The notes beneath the pieces are model-generated. The model worked only from the letters and a program-made list of their open reading frames with translations. It had not been told where the DNA came from and did no database searches. Made by a program: the position numbers and the translations under genes. A stretch of 64,000 nucleotides of DNA, taken from Myxococcota bacterium. GTDB lineage: Bacteria > Myxococcota_A > UBA9160 > UBA4427. Shown in pieces: positions 38,201 to 49,500 of the stretch. Location: the NCBI GenBank assembly GCA_965250285.1, contig OZ252299.1, positions 416,001 to 480,000 on the forward strand, read 5' to 3'. Position 1 is the first letter of the stretch; the number at the start of each line of letters is the position of its first letter.

Positions 38201-40534
38201 GTTCGTGTTGATCGAGCCCCCGTCGACGACCAGCGTCTCGGCCGCATTCATCGAGATGTTGCCGGCGTCGCCCGACAGCAGGGATGTGGCCGAGACGAGC
38301 GCGCCGTCCGTGACTCGAACGTCTCGAGCGTCGACGCGGATCTCGCCGGCCGGGCCGACGTTGCCTTCGGCGGTCATGAAGCTGTCGAGGCCGTCGACGG
38401 TGAACGTTTCGTCGACGTCGACGGTGATCGAGCCCGCCGCGCCCGCGCCGTTCGTCGTCACGCCGACGCCGGCGCCATCGAGGACGCTCATGCTTCTCGC
38501 CGAGACGATGATCTCACCCCCGTCGCCGGTCGCGGCCGACGACTCATCCGGGCCCGACTGCGAGAACACGCCCGAAGGGGTGGCGGCAGCCGCGCCTGAG
38601 AGAGTCAGTGTGTCGGCCAAAGCCAGTTCGACGTTGCCGGCGTCGCCCGCGCCGTCGGTCGTCGAGAAGATCTGCGAGCCGCCCGAAGCCGACACACTGC
38701 CGGTTTCGATTCGCACACCCAGCCGTCTTCCGTCGATCACTCGGCCGGCGTTGCCCTGACCGAGCGTCGTCGCAGCGAGGGTCGATGCGCCGTCGAGTCG
38801 GAGGCTGCCCGACGCGCCGCCCGTGACGAAGATCGTGCCCGCGTCGCCGGTTGCCGTGGTGCCCGACTCGGTTCGGATCTCCGCGCCGTCGGTGATCTCG
38901 ATCTGCCCGCCCGTCAGCATGATGTCGCCGCCGCGGCCCGTCCCGTTGGCAACCGAAGAGACGTCCGCGCCCTGGGTGACCGAAATGGATCCGTCAGGAC
39001 CGGCATCGAGTGTGATGCCGCCGATCGGTCCTGTTGACGCGCTAATCGAGTCGGTTCGGACCTGCGAGGCGTTGGAGATCGAAATCGTCGAGCCCGAGAG
39101 AGACACGCTTCCCGATCCACCGACACCCACAGTTGTCGACCCCACGAGCGAGCCATCGGACACGACGATCGCCCCCGCGTCGCCAGTCTCGATCGCAATC
39201 TCGCCGGCGTTACCCGATGCGACCCCCTCGGATGTGGTGAAAACGAGACTCGAATCGCCGATTGCGACCGAATGGGCCTCGATCTGGATCCCGGCTCCCT
39301 CCCCGTCCCCGGTCGCGAATGTCTGCGCCGCGGCCGATTCGATCACGACTTCGTGGGCTTCGAACAGGAGGGGTGCACTGCTGGCGCCCGACGAATGACG
39401 AATGCCCGAGAACAGGCCGTCGGGAAGGGTGTCGCTCACTTCGATTCGACCGCTCGACAGCCGAACGCCTCCGACTGCTTCGTCGCCGTCGCCCAACGAG
39501 CCGATCAAACTGCGGTTTCCCGACATCAGGATCTCGCCGTCGGTCTCCACGTCGACCGCCCAAGGCTCTTGCCCATCGCCCCCGGCCACTAGCTTCGACT
39601 GGTCCAGAGTGAGTCGACCGCCCCGGATCACGATGCGACCCCGGTCCGGGAACTCAGCGGCTCCACCAAAACAGAGGGTTTGATCGACACAGACGATCGA
39701 GTCATCGACGAACTCGATCTCGCCCGCGCCGATCGATGGCGTCCAACTGCTCACGTCGACGGGAACCTGGGCCCCGCCGCTCCCGACCGCCGCAACACGC
39801 ACGGTGCCGGCCCGCGAGACCAGGCCCGCCGCGTCGAACCGCACGTCGCTGGCGATGATGGTGACATCGGCCTCGGCGCCGAAGTCGAAGGGGGTGAACG
39901 ACCCGGGTAGAGAACCGGGGGCGCCCCGAAACTCGACGACGCCCGTCCCGCCCGCGTCGATCAAGAACGATGAAGGGGTGCCGCTGCTCAGCGGTGGGGA
40001 TGGGTCGTCGACGCGAAAGACCGAGGCGCCCGACGCGTCGTCGAACACCAGGCCGTCGGCGGTGGTGAGAAAGACGCTGCCCGATACGTCGACCTGCGCC
40101 CCCTCAGTGAAGAGCACGCCCATGGGGTTCAGCAGGTAGAGGCTCACGCCGGGTGAGGTCGTGAGCGGCCCCGAGATCGTCGAGCCCGTGTTCCCAGCCG
40201 CGGCATCGCCCGTCACTCGCGTGATGATGCGCTGAATCGTCGGGTCGCTGTTGAAGGTCGCGCTCTCGCCGACGTCGACGTCGAAGATGCGAAAGCTGTG
40301 GTAGAGGTTCGCTCCGCTCGCTTCGCCGTCGGCCTGATCGATCGTGAAGTCGCCCGACCGCACCGCCCCGTCGGGGTTGGGGCCAATGCTCCCGTCGAAG
40401 ACAGCCTCGCTCCGGGCCACCTGAGCGACCGCGAGCAGCGCCAGCAGCTCGAAGAGCAGTACGCCGAGCGGACCCATTCGATGGCGGCCAGGATGCGTTG
40501 CGGCCCATCGCGCCCCATACGCAGTGCTCGGCAT
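35276..40534 (-). CDS. Filamentous hemagglutinin-like TpsA protein fused to TPR and CHAT (caspase-like protease) domains
   Basis: Signal peptide; TPS domain NLYHSF..F...LLNPMGVLF; about 1000 aa G.GG.I.I beta-helix; QCAAR..SSFVV linker; TPR-like helices; CHAT FVPDG.LR.IP, HFATH, LSACET, TLWSV.D, HPYYWAPF. Start at 40534 (AGGA RBS) or 40477. Confidence 0.87.
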   Translation of the reverse strand: MPSTAYGARWAATHPGRHRMGPLGVLLFELLALLAVAQVARSEAVFDGSIGPNPDGAVRSGDFTIDQADGEASGANLYHSFRIFDVDVGESATFNSDPTIQRIITRVTGDAAAGNTGSTISGPLTTSPGVSLYLLNPMGVLFTEGAQVDVSGSVFLTTADGLVFDDASGASVFRVDDPSPPLSSGTPSSFLIDAGGTGVVEFRGAPGSLPGSFTPFDFGAEADVTIIASDVRFDAAGLVSRAGTVRVAAVGSGGAQVPVDVSSWTPSIGAGEIEFVDDSIVCVDQTLCFGGAAEFPDRGRIVIRGGRLTLDQSKLVAGGDGQEPWAVDVETDGEILMSGNRSLIGSLGDGDEAVGGVRLSSGRIEVSDTLPDGLFSGIRHSSGASSAPLLFEAHEVVIESAAAQTFATGDGEGAGIQIEAHSVAIGDSSLVFTTSEGVASGNAGEIAIETGDAGAIVVSDGSLVGSTTVGVGGSGSVSLSGSTISISNASQVRTDSISASTGPIGGITLDAGPDGSISVTQGADVSSVANGTGRGGDIMLTGGQIEITDGAEIRTESGTTATGDAGTIFVTGGASGSLRLDGASTLAATTLGQGNAGRVIDGRRLGVRIETGSVSASGGSQIFSTTDGAGDAGNVELALADTLTLSGAAAATPSGVFSQSGPDESSAATGDGGEIIVSARSMSVLDGAGVGVTTNGAGAAGSITVDVDETFTVDGLDSFMTAEGNVGPAGEIRVDARDVRVTDGALVSATSLLSGDAGNISMNAAETLVVDGGSINTNLRGVGSDASGGGIELTGTRLIAIRNGGIVSTDGASVEPSGDIQLSSAGQIEIESGARVSAAASGAGNSGKIDIESSEFRLTDAAVVTDATRSAGGQISISTTADLQVDQGRIETRVTTQGDGSGGDVALSGERVLLNRAEVRAGAITGFGGNIDIRGSGVLISSDTILDASTELGIDGRIFISAADTNLIERVQVLPETMLTASSQLAAQCAARDPHAKSSFVVGRRDATPPTPDRWLGPTVAGTRQGGARPGALPPEVEAALRAGHRARAADLLDASLAGVGPSAEHLTWLRALTDIREALGQQRVASDHRDTAAAWAATLDDPTLVILTEADREAARSKKRATEGQLEQLDALAMKSALPHEAQARVHLQRGWAAQQLGRTPEALDALAQSASAASDADLPIAAARALALAARIQSDLDDPASAMRSWNEAATAIADAPPSAELAETRLHLAETARMLARHHAGSRQWAYVQLMAAKSEAEALGDPRSAAAAWSGLARIYEDEDRAEESLQLAREAARLARKANAPELIYVAEWQSARALGQMDRPTESIAAYNRSLDQLEGLRFEAPPPNRAFRRDIAAVHYGLVDQLLRSEQRGVGSDSQHRYRRVRDVIETSKASELRDYFDDPCIDALVASEQSVDDVSHGALIVYPIVLPDRLELLVTLPDGDLERVTVPVTQAEIEADVRQLRRLLTKRTTRQYLKPARSLYDDLVRPLEPYLDDPSIETIVFVPDGALRTIPMAALHDGERFLVERWSVGVAPSMAMTAPRAIPTGTMRALIGGLTESRLDFAPLENVQAEVDAISNEIGGDVLLDEAFSTAGIETRIREGDYGIVHFATHAVFEGADSESFMLTSDGRLAVDDLELLIGRFQYREEPLELLGLSACETAAGDDRAALGLSGIAVRAGARSVLGTLWSVDDKATSDLIARFYRELNQDGVSRAEALRRAQHAAISDASSTHPYYWAPFIIINSWL

Positions 40535-40538
40535 CGTC

Positions 40539-43500
40539 CTATTCCGGCACGGCTTTGGCGCAGACTCCGCGGAGCGGTGTGCCGAGGCCGGCAACGGCGC
40601 GTTGCAGCACGGCGATGTCGCGAATGTCGATCTCGGGGCCACCGACGACGCTGCCGAGATCAGCCACCGCAGGGTCGAGATCGATGCCCAGGACGAAGTC
40701 CCAGAGTTTGTCGACATCGTCCTCGACGGGCGGACCGAAGACGGCCCCGGTCTCGTCGGTGTCGCCGCACTGGCACGCATCGCCGATGCCGTCGACGATC
40801 GGAGCGGTCCCGAGCAGGGCGCCGGTATCGGCATTCGTCGGGTCGGGTTCGAAGATGCATCGATCGCCATCGTTCTGAATGCCGTCCCCGTCCTGGTCTG
40901 GTGCCGCGTTGAAGAAGCTGGTCAGCTCGGCACGCTCGAGCGCCGACTGATCGACGGCGGCGAGCAGCGATACGCCCACACCATCGTGGTAGGGCAGCTC
41001 TTCGACTCGACCATCGGTGAGGCTCAGCGTACCCGAAACCGGGCTGCTGAGCGTGATTCGGCCCACGCAGTTGAGCGCGCTGTCGGTGCCGTAGCCCAGG
41101 GTCGTGCCGCCGAGTAGCCACGGCAGATTGCCCTCGAGCACGATGTAGAACACGTCGGGGAGGAGGCCCGCCGCGGTCGCCGAGGCGGGGTCGAGCGGGT
41201 CGACGGTGAACGAGATCGGATCTCCATTCACGTCGAGACCCGTCTGCACGCCCGGCAGGCTCCCCGCACCACAGCTGCGCTGGTCGACCCCACCGCCGTA
41301 GTCTTGCGGGGTCGCATCGCAGCCGCTCAGCGAGATCGTCTCGGCTGAAGTGGCATACCCATCGGGCAGGGCCACGCCGACCGCGATGCGATGGAGCGGC
41401 TCGGCGTAGCTGAAGCACACGTCGTACTCGGTCGCGGCGATCGGGTCCTGCCCGGGCGCGGGGCCGATGCGGATGTCGACCGGCGGCAGGTCTCCGGGCG
41501 GCGGCGGCGGGCAGGCGAGCCCACAGGACTGGCTCGCGATGTAGCTCACGATCGTGATCAGCCCGCCGTCGGTCGGCTCGGGCACCGGGAACACGTCGGC
41601 CACCCCCTGCTGCGTCAGATACGCATCGGGCAAGCTGCCACCGGGGTCCGGGTTCAGCGAGACCTCGCCGAGGTTGATCTCGGCAAGCGGGGGGCACGCG
41701 ACGAGATCGAGATCGAGATAGAGCGTATCGCCGCGTGCGCCCGGGTTGGGGGCGGGGGGGGGCACGACCGTCGCGAGCGAGACGTTGGTGGCGTCTTCGG
41801 TGAAGACGGGCGCACCCGGGTACTCGGGCGGAATCGCGATGCCCGTCTGAATCTCGGTGGGCGGCGAGCTGCCCGGGCAGGTCAGCGTGAGACGGAACGC
41901 GGGATCCGCCGCGTCGCCAATCTGTTCGAGGTTCAGGAACCCGTTCTCGCACACATCGCCGATGCCGTCGCCGTCCTCGTCGAGCTGGTCCGAGTTGCTG
42001 GCGAGCGGACAGTTGTCGCAGACGTCACCCACACCGTCGCTGTCGCCGTCGACCTGGGACGGGTTGTAGAGGAACGCGCAGTTGTCGAGTCCGTCGGGGA
42101 GCCCATCGAAGTCGCTGTCGCGCACCATGCTGCGCGTGGTCAATGCTTCGATGGCGTCGATTCTCGCCGGGAGCCCGCTGTGGTCGTTCCCGGTGAGGCG
42201 CACGAACCGGAAGGCGTCGGTCGCGTCGAAGCCATGACCGTCGCCGTCGACATCGACGGCGGCGGCGCAACCCGTGATCTCCTGCATCGTGCCGCTGAAC
42301 CAGTTCGAGCCGTCGGCGCTGTATTCGACCGAGAACGGCCGCAGGAAGTCGCTGCTGAGACCGTTCGTTCCGACGTACACACAGAAGTCGGGGTCGTTCG
42401 TGCCGCTGCCGCGGATCACGTTGTCGACGAACTGGAGGGTCAGCCTCGAGCCCTGGGGAAGCTCGGCCCAGGGGAACTGCCACGCCACTGCGCCGGCCAG
42501 CTCTTCGGGATCGTCCGTCGGGGCGCCGAGCGCGAAGGTCGGGTCGACGACGGCGCCCTCGACATCGACGACGGCGTCGGCAAAGATCGTCGAGTCGGCG
42601 CCCTGCATGAGCATGATGAAGCCGTTTCCGGAGCCTTGGGGCGGGCTACCACCCGACGGTCCACCCATCGCAGCGCCCACGAAGAGGTCGAGCACGTCGT
42701 CGCCATCGATGTCGCCCAGCGGCGCGACCGCCGAGCCGAGTCCGTTGCTCCGCCAATCGCCGAGATCGATCGGGTTGATGGTGCCGACGGCCGAACCCCG
42801 CGTGTTCTGCACGGTCGACGCACCGCGGATCGATCCGTCGTCGTCGAGCGGCACGAAAATGAGCCCCCCGGTGGCTTCGAAGGGCGGCGGCGCCGGACAG
42901 AGGAACGTCGGCTCGAAGGGTGCGCACGAGGGATTCGGGAACAGCTCACTGCCGATCGCCAGGGTGCCGCGGCTCGTGGCGTCGTCGGCATCGGGCAAGA
43001 ACGCGAGGGACGTGCCAATGCGGGCGTCCGGCGGGATCAGCACGCGGGATACGGGGAAGACGAGGCCCTGATTCGAGCTGATCTTGCGGTACGACGCCAC
43101 GGTCTCGTCGAGCGCCAGCGATACGATGTACACGGCTCCGGCGTTGCTCGCGTTGGTGGCATCGTCGCCGGGCGCGGCGATGGCGATGTCCGCGCCGCCG
43201 TCGCGATCGAGGTCGCCGAGGCTCGTGACCGAGAAGCCCAGCGCGTCGAAGGGCCCGACATCGCCGGGAAAATCCTGTCCGGTCAGCTTGGCGTGGCTCT
43301 TCACGGTGCCGCTGGCGTTCATGTAGAGGATCCAGACGGCTCCCTGGTCGGGGCCACCGTCGTCGTCCCCCGACGCCCCGACCAGAAGGTCGGGTACGTC
43401 GTCGCCATCGAGGTCGCCGGGCGTGGCGAGCGCGCCGCCGAAGCGATCCCCTACGTCGAGTGATCCCGCGAAGCTGCCGTCGGAGTCGTTGATGCGTTGG

Positions 43501-46500
43501 AAGCTTCGAACCGTTCGGTCGGGCTCCATGAAGAGAACGTATACGGCGCCCTTGCCCGCCACGTCGCGGGGGGCCCCCACGATCAGGTCGGAGAGACCGT
43601 CGCCGTCTAGATCGCCGGGCGATGCGACCGCGGTGCCGAAGCGATCGGTGGTCGAGAGCAGGCCGCCGGGATCGAACGCACCGGTCAGTCCACCCGACGA
43701 ATCCGAGATCTCGACGTCGAGCGCGCTCACGATCTGCCCGAACCCGTTCGGCGAGACGATGAAGACCGCGCCTCGGCCGTCGCGTGCGCCCGGTGCTCCG
43801 ACGGCGACCTCGACCAGGCCATCGCCGTTGAGGTCATCGAGTGCGACGGCACTTCGGCCGAAGCCGGCGTCGGCCTCGAGCGTAAGCGAGACGAACGTAC
43901 CGGACACTTGATTGACCTGCTTCGGTCGAGGGATCGGCACGCCCTCGGAGAGGGCCGACTGCAGGCCCGGGAACTGCGCCGCGACGCGAATCGCAGGGTC
44001 GTCGTCGACGTCGATCGAGAACGACTCCGCGGTGACGGTGATGACGTTGACGTTGGCACTGGCCGTGATGTCGCGCGCCTGAAGCTCGGGGTTGGCATTG
44101 ATCGCGGCGGCGATCTGCGCCGTCACGTCGAATGTCGAGTCGCCCGTCGACGTGTCGAGTTCGATGGTGACGTCGTCGACGATGATCTCGATGCGGCCGC
44201 CCACTGCATTGCCACCGAGCAAGACGATGGTCTGCTCCGGCTGCAGCGAGAAGCGTGCGGCCGTGACGCCGGGCTCGTTCGCCGCGTCGACGGCGAGCCG
44301 ACCGCCGACGACGAGGCGTCCGCCCGGACGTGCGTCCGCCCAGACACCGCGCGTCTGCAGGGTCGGATCCGCGAGGATCGCGTCGGCTGCGTCGCGCGCG
44401 AGCTGATCGGCGCCGAATCCGTTTCGTGCGAGCACGCTCACCGTGACGCCGTCGACGCGAACGTCGACGGAGCCGCCGGCCGGATAGCCCAGGAAGAGGG
44501 CTGATTCTTCGCCGCGGCAGGCGCTCGAGCAGCCGTCGCCATCGAGGAGATTGCCGTCGTCGCATGTTTCGGTGGGGTCGAGTGCGCCATCGCCGCAAAG
44601 CGCCTCACGGCCATCGACACTCATCACATAGACGGCGCCTGCATTCGTCTGGCCGTCATCATCCGCGAACGCGCCCACCACGATCTCGCGCCGCCCGTCT
44701 CCATCGAGATCGCCGATCGACGCAGGCCATCGGCCGAGCGAGTCGCCGTCGAGGAGGCTCGCATCGAAGCCGCCAAGCCCTTCCGTGATGCGCTCACTGC
44801 GCATGACGCGGCCAAGTTCATCGAGGAAGAGGAGCCAGAACGCGCCCCGGTTCGTGCCCGCGGTGTCGTCGTTGTACGCGCCCGCGATCAGGTCGGTCAC
44901 GCCATTGCCGTCGAGATCGCCGAGTCGGTCGAGGCCCAGCCCGAAGAACGTCGAGGATGTGAGCACGTCGGGGAAGCCGCCGAGACCGCTGCCGATTCGG
45001 AATTCATCGACGACCTGCTTCGTCTCGGGGTCGACCGAGAGCATCCAGATCGAACCCAGGTTCGAGCCCGCTGGCGCCGCGCCGTCGTCGTTGCGAGCGG
45101 CGACGGCGAGCTCGACCAGGCCATCGTGTCCGATGTCGCCCAGGTAGGCGATTGCATCGCCGAAGTGATCGGTCGTCGTGAGCGAGCCGCCGAAGCCCCC
45201 CTCGGTCGCGCTGTACTTGACGAGCGATTCGACCGAGCCCACTTCGGGGTGCCCGGGGCCGTGCAGCGAGAGCATGTAGACCGCGCCCGCTTCGGTGGCG
45301 CCGTCGGCATCGCCGTAGGCCCCGACGGCGATCTCGAGCCCGCCGTCCCGGTCGAGGTCGCCGACGGCTTCGATGCTCTCGCCGAATCGGTCGGAGACGT
45401 CGAGGGTGAGCCCTGCAGCCGCGATCGCTTCGCTCAGGCCGCCCTCATCGGCGTTGATCAAGACATGGTCTCGGACGCTGAGGTCGCCGGGGCCGCTCGA
45501 CTGCAGGAAGAGCACCCAGACCGCGCCCGTGCGCGTATTGGTGCCGCTCTCGCCGTCGTCGCCCACGGCGCCGACACCGAGGTCGACGATGCCGTCGCCG
45601 TCGACGTCGCCCAGGGCGGCGACCGCGCCGCCAAACGCGTCACCGATCTCGATGGGGCCGGTGAAGCCGCTCTCGACGCTCGGCAGAAGAAGCTGGCGAA
45701 CGATCTCGCCGTCGGTGGCGAGAGACAGGATCCGGAGCTGGCCCGAGCCACTGCCGCCAGCTGCGGGCAGACCCACTGCGACCTCGGTCGTACCGTCGCC
45801 GTCGATATCGCCCAGCCCGGCGGTGCTGCGTCCGAAGGATGCGAAGGCGGTGAGCAGCCCGCCGGGATCCCCCGGGCCCGACAGACCGCCCGAGGTGTCG
45901 CTGATCTTGCGGATGTCGGTCACTGTGCCGAGTTCGAGCCCCAGCAAGCCTGAATCGGTGGTCGAGCTCGAAGTGACGCTCACTCCGCTCAACACCAGCG
46001 TCTCGCCACTGGCGAAGGCCGTGAGCCGCTTCGTGCCGAGCACAGGATCGGATGCGATGGCCGATGCCAGCGCCGATGCGACGTCGGGGCCGGTGTCGCC
46101 CGGGCTGGTCACGATGCTGATCGGTTCGCCGAGGAGCGCGATGTTCACCGTACCGCCGGTCGCAAGGCCTGAGATCGCGAGATGGGTCTCGGGCTCACAG
46201 ATCGATGAACAGCCATCGCCTTCGACGTTCCCGCCGTCGTCGCAGGCTTCCACCGGGTCGATCCGTCCGTCGCCGCAGACGGCAGTGCCGCCGTCGAGCT
46301 CGATCAGATACACGGCGCCCGTGTTCGAGCCCGTCCCATCGTCGTCATAGAAGGCGCCCACGGCCAGCAGCGGGCCGCCCAGGCCGTCGAGTGAGGGGAG
46401 CGCGGTCAGCCCGTAGCCGAATCGATCGTCGGGATCGATCTCGCCCGCGAGCTCGGGGTTCTGCGGGCCGAGCTTGACGACCGAGGTCACCGGGTTCGCG

Positions 46501-49500
46501 GTCGACGCCGGGTTCAGGAACAGCACGTACGCTGCGCCGGCCTGACCGCCCCCGTCGTCGTCTCGGTTCGCGCCCGCGGCAATCTCGTTGTCTCCATCGC
46601 CGTCGAGGTCGGGCAGGAGCGTCAAGCCTGCGCAGAGGCGGTCGTCCGACTCGACGAATCCGAGCGGGAACCCGCCCTGGCCGGGCCGGATCGTCTCGAA
46701 GTACTTCGCGGCCGTGCCGTCGGGGTTCAGGCTGATGATCTTGATCGATCCGGTGTTGCTGAAGCCCGGTGGCTCGTCCGTGTACGCACAGCTCGCGATC
46801 TCGATGCGGCCATCCCCGTCGATGTCGCCCAGGGGCTCGACCACCGTTCCGAACTGATCTCCGCCATTCACGAACTGGGCGACGACGCGCTGCGGTGCGA
46901 GATCGAGCCTCGCGCGGCCCGTGCGATCGAGGAAGACCACCCAGACGGCTCCGCCGTCTGTGGGGTAGAAGTCGTCGAAGGGGGCACCGACGACGAGATC
47001 GCCGACTCCGTCGCCATCGATGTCGCCGGCCGCACCGACGTCGTGCCCAAAGAAGTCGCCGGCGCCGAGCGTGTTGGCCGGAATGCCGCCCTCGCCGTCG
47101 GCCAGCTTCATCGCCGACAGCACGGTGGATGAGTCCGCCGCCATGAAGAGGATGTAGACGGCGCCTTCGGCATCGCCGCTCGCGCCTACGGCGATGGCGT
47201 AGGCGGAGGGGCCCGGCCCATCGAGATCACCGAGATACGCGACGCCGAGCCCGAGGAAGTGACCCGCGCCGAGGCTGTATCCGCTCGCAGCGAACACGGC
47301 CCCGAGGTTGCCACTGGTCGCAGACAGCTTCGTTTCGCTCTTCACGGTTCCATCCGCGTTCATCAAGACGATGAAGATCGCGCCCGCGTCTGTGAAGCCG
47401 TCGTCGGTGGTGTACGCGCCGACGATCATGTCGGGGACACCGTCGCGGTCGAGGTCGGCGCCGTCGATCGAGACGCCGAGACGATCGTCGCTCGCGAGGA
47501 GGCCGCCCGGATTGCCCGGCCCGGAGAGTTCGCCCCGCGTGTCGCTCAGCTTCACGACGCTGCGGATCATTCCGACATCGAGACCGATGAGGCCGGGATC
47601 CGTCGTTCCATTCGATTCGAGTACGGCTCCGCCGACGACCAGCCGGTTGCCGTCGGCCAAGGCCTCGACGCCGCGAACGCCCAGCGTGCCGTCCGCGACG
47701 ATGGCCGCGGCCAGCCGCGCGGCGACGTCGTCGGGCGTATCGCCCGCGAAGGTCGACACCGAGATGTCGACGCCATCCACCAGCAGGCTGGCCGAACCGC
47801 CTGTCGGCGCGCCGTCGACAACCAGCCACTCCTCTTGTTGGCAGGTGGCTGAGCAGCGATCGCCCGACATCGTGTTGCCGTCGTCACACGCCTCGGCCGC
47901 ATCGAGAATCCCGTTGCCACAGGCGGGCCCGAGACCATCGATGTCGAGAAGCCACACGGCGCCGGATTCGTTCTGGCCCCCGTCGTCGGCGCGCGGCGCG
48001 CCCACCGCGAGCTCGGGCCACCCGTCGCCGTCGAGGTCCCCGACGCTTGCGACCGATGCGCCGAAGCCGTCGCCATCGGCGAGTGGCCCAGCGAAACGAC
48101 CGAAGAGCGTGCTGATGATGTTGCGCTCGCGGTTCGAGTCGGCGATCTCGATCGGGTCCGTCCCGCCGAAGGGCGTGAAGTTGTCTCGGCCGAGCGAATG
48201 AATGAGAAGCGCGCCGCGGCTCGTCCCACCTTGATCCTCGAAGGGGCCCCCGTCGGCCAGCTCCGGAACGCCGTCGCCATCGAGGTCGCCGAGCGAAGCC
48301 AACGCGTGCGCGTAGCCTCGGACGCTCGATCTCTCGACGCAGAGCCCCGTCGAGTCGAGCTCGAGGATCGCGATCAATCCGGGCAGCTCGCCGGTCGACA
48401 CGCCCGGCAGCGCTCCGGTCGAACCGACGGCGAGAAGGTTCCGACTGCCGCCATCGGGGTCGCCGATCACAGCAAGGCTCTCGCCGAAGCGCGTCCGCCT
48501 GAACGTCTGCGGGTAACAGTTGTTGGGATCATTCGCGTTGTTCGTCAGATTGCTGAGCTTGGATTCGCGCTCGACGTTGCCCGTCTGCGAGAGCGAGACG
48601 ATCCACAGTGCGCCGCGGTCGGGGCCGGTTTGCGGCGCACCCGCATCGTCGTCGTCGTCGCCGGGAGCGCCGATGGCCAGCTCGGGCCGATCATCGCCAT
48701 CGAGGTCGCCCAGGAAGGCGACGCTGCGGCCGAACTCATCGCCGACGTCGAGGTTGCCGCCGAACCCCGCGAGTCCTTCGCCGATCACCGCCGAGCCGGC
48801 AACCGTGCCGTCGGGGGCGAGGAAGTAGATCCAGACGCTGCCACCGAGGCCGGGGCCGTCGAACGGCGCGCCGACCGCGAGATCGGGGACGCCATCGCGA
48901 TTCAGATCGCCGATGCCGGTCAGCGATGCGCCCAGCGTCCCGTGATCGAAGGGCGCGGGGAAGCCGGGTGCACCCGTGACGAGCTCGATCTCGCTGCGAA
49001 CCGAGCCATCGGCGTTCATGAAGAGGACGAAGAGTCCGCCGTTGTTCGGCTGTCCGTCGTTGGCCTGACTCTGGCCGACCGCGAGGTCGTCCACGCCGTC
49101 GCCGTCGACGTCGCCGATCAGCGCAACGGCTGAGCCGAACTCGTGCGTCGCGTCGATGATGCCGCCTAATCCACCTGCGTTGCTGATCTTGCGCTCTTCG
49201 AGAACCCGCCCGAAAGCGGAGAGCGCCGTGACGCCCGGGTCCGTGCTGGCTGCGTCGGTCAAGGCGCCGCCGCTGACGTAGAGACGCTCTCGAAAGTGGG
49301 TGGCCCGAACGCCGCGCGAGGCCAATGTGATGTCTGCGTGCACCGCGTCGACGAGCGCCGCCGCGATCGACTCGCCGCTCTCGTCGAGGAGGGGCGCGAT
49401 CGAGATCACCTGGCCCGCGATGTCGAGCTGAACCAGGCCGCTTCCGGTGCCGATGCCGAGCAAGTCGACCGTCGCCTCCGTCTGACAGAACGCTGAGCAC

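Noticed and set aside
40535..40870. N-terminal extension of the TpsA-CHAT ORF, or a frameshift fusion with the giant gene
   Set aside because: Overlaps the giant gene's C-terminus; an RBS and ATG at 40534 plus a signal peptide explain an independent start, and no slippery site was seen
41574..41585. Second VPEP motif in the giant protein
   Set aside because: Followed by [17 protein letters not shown] with no full TM helix or basic cluster, so not a PEP-CTERM
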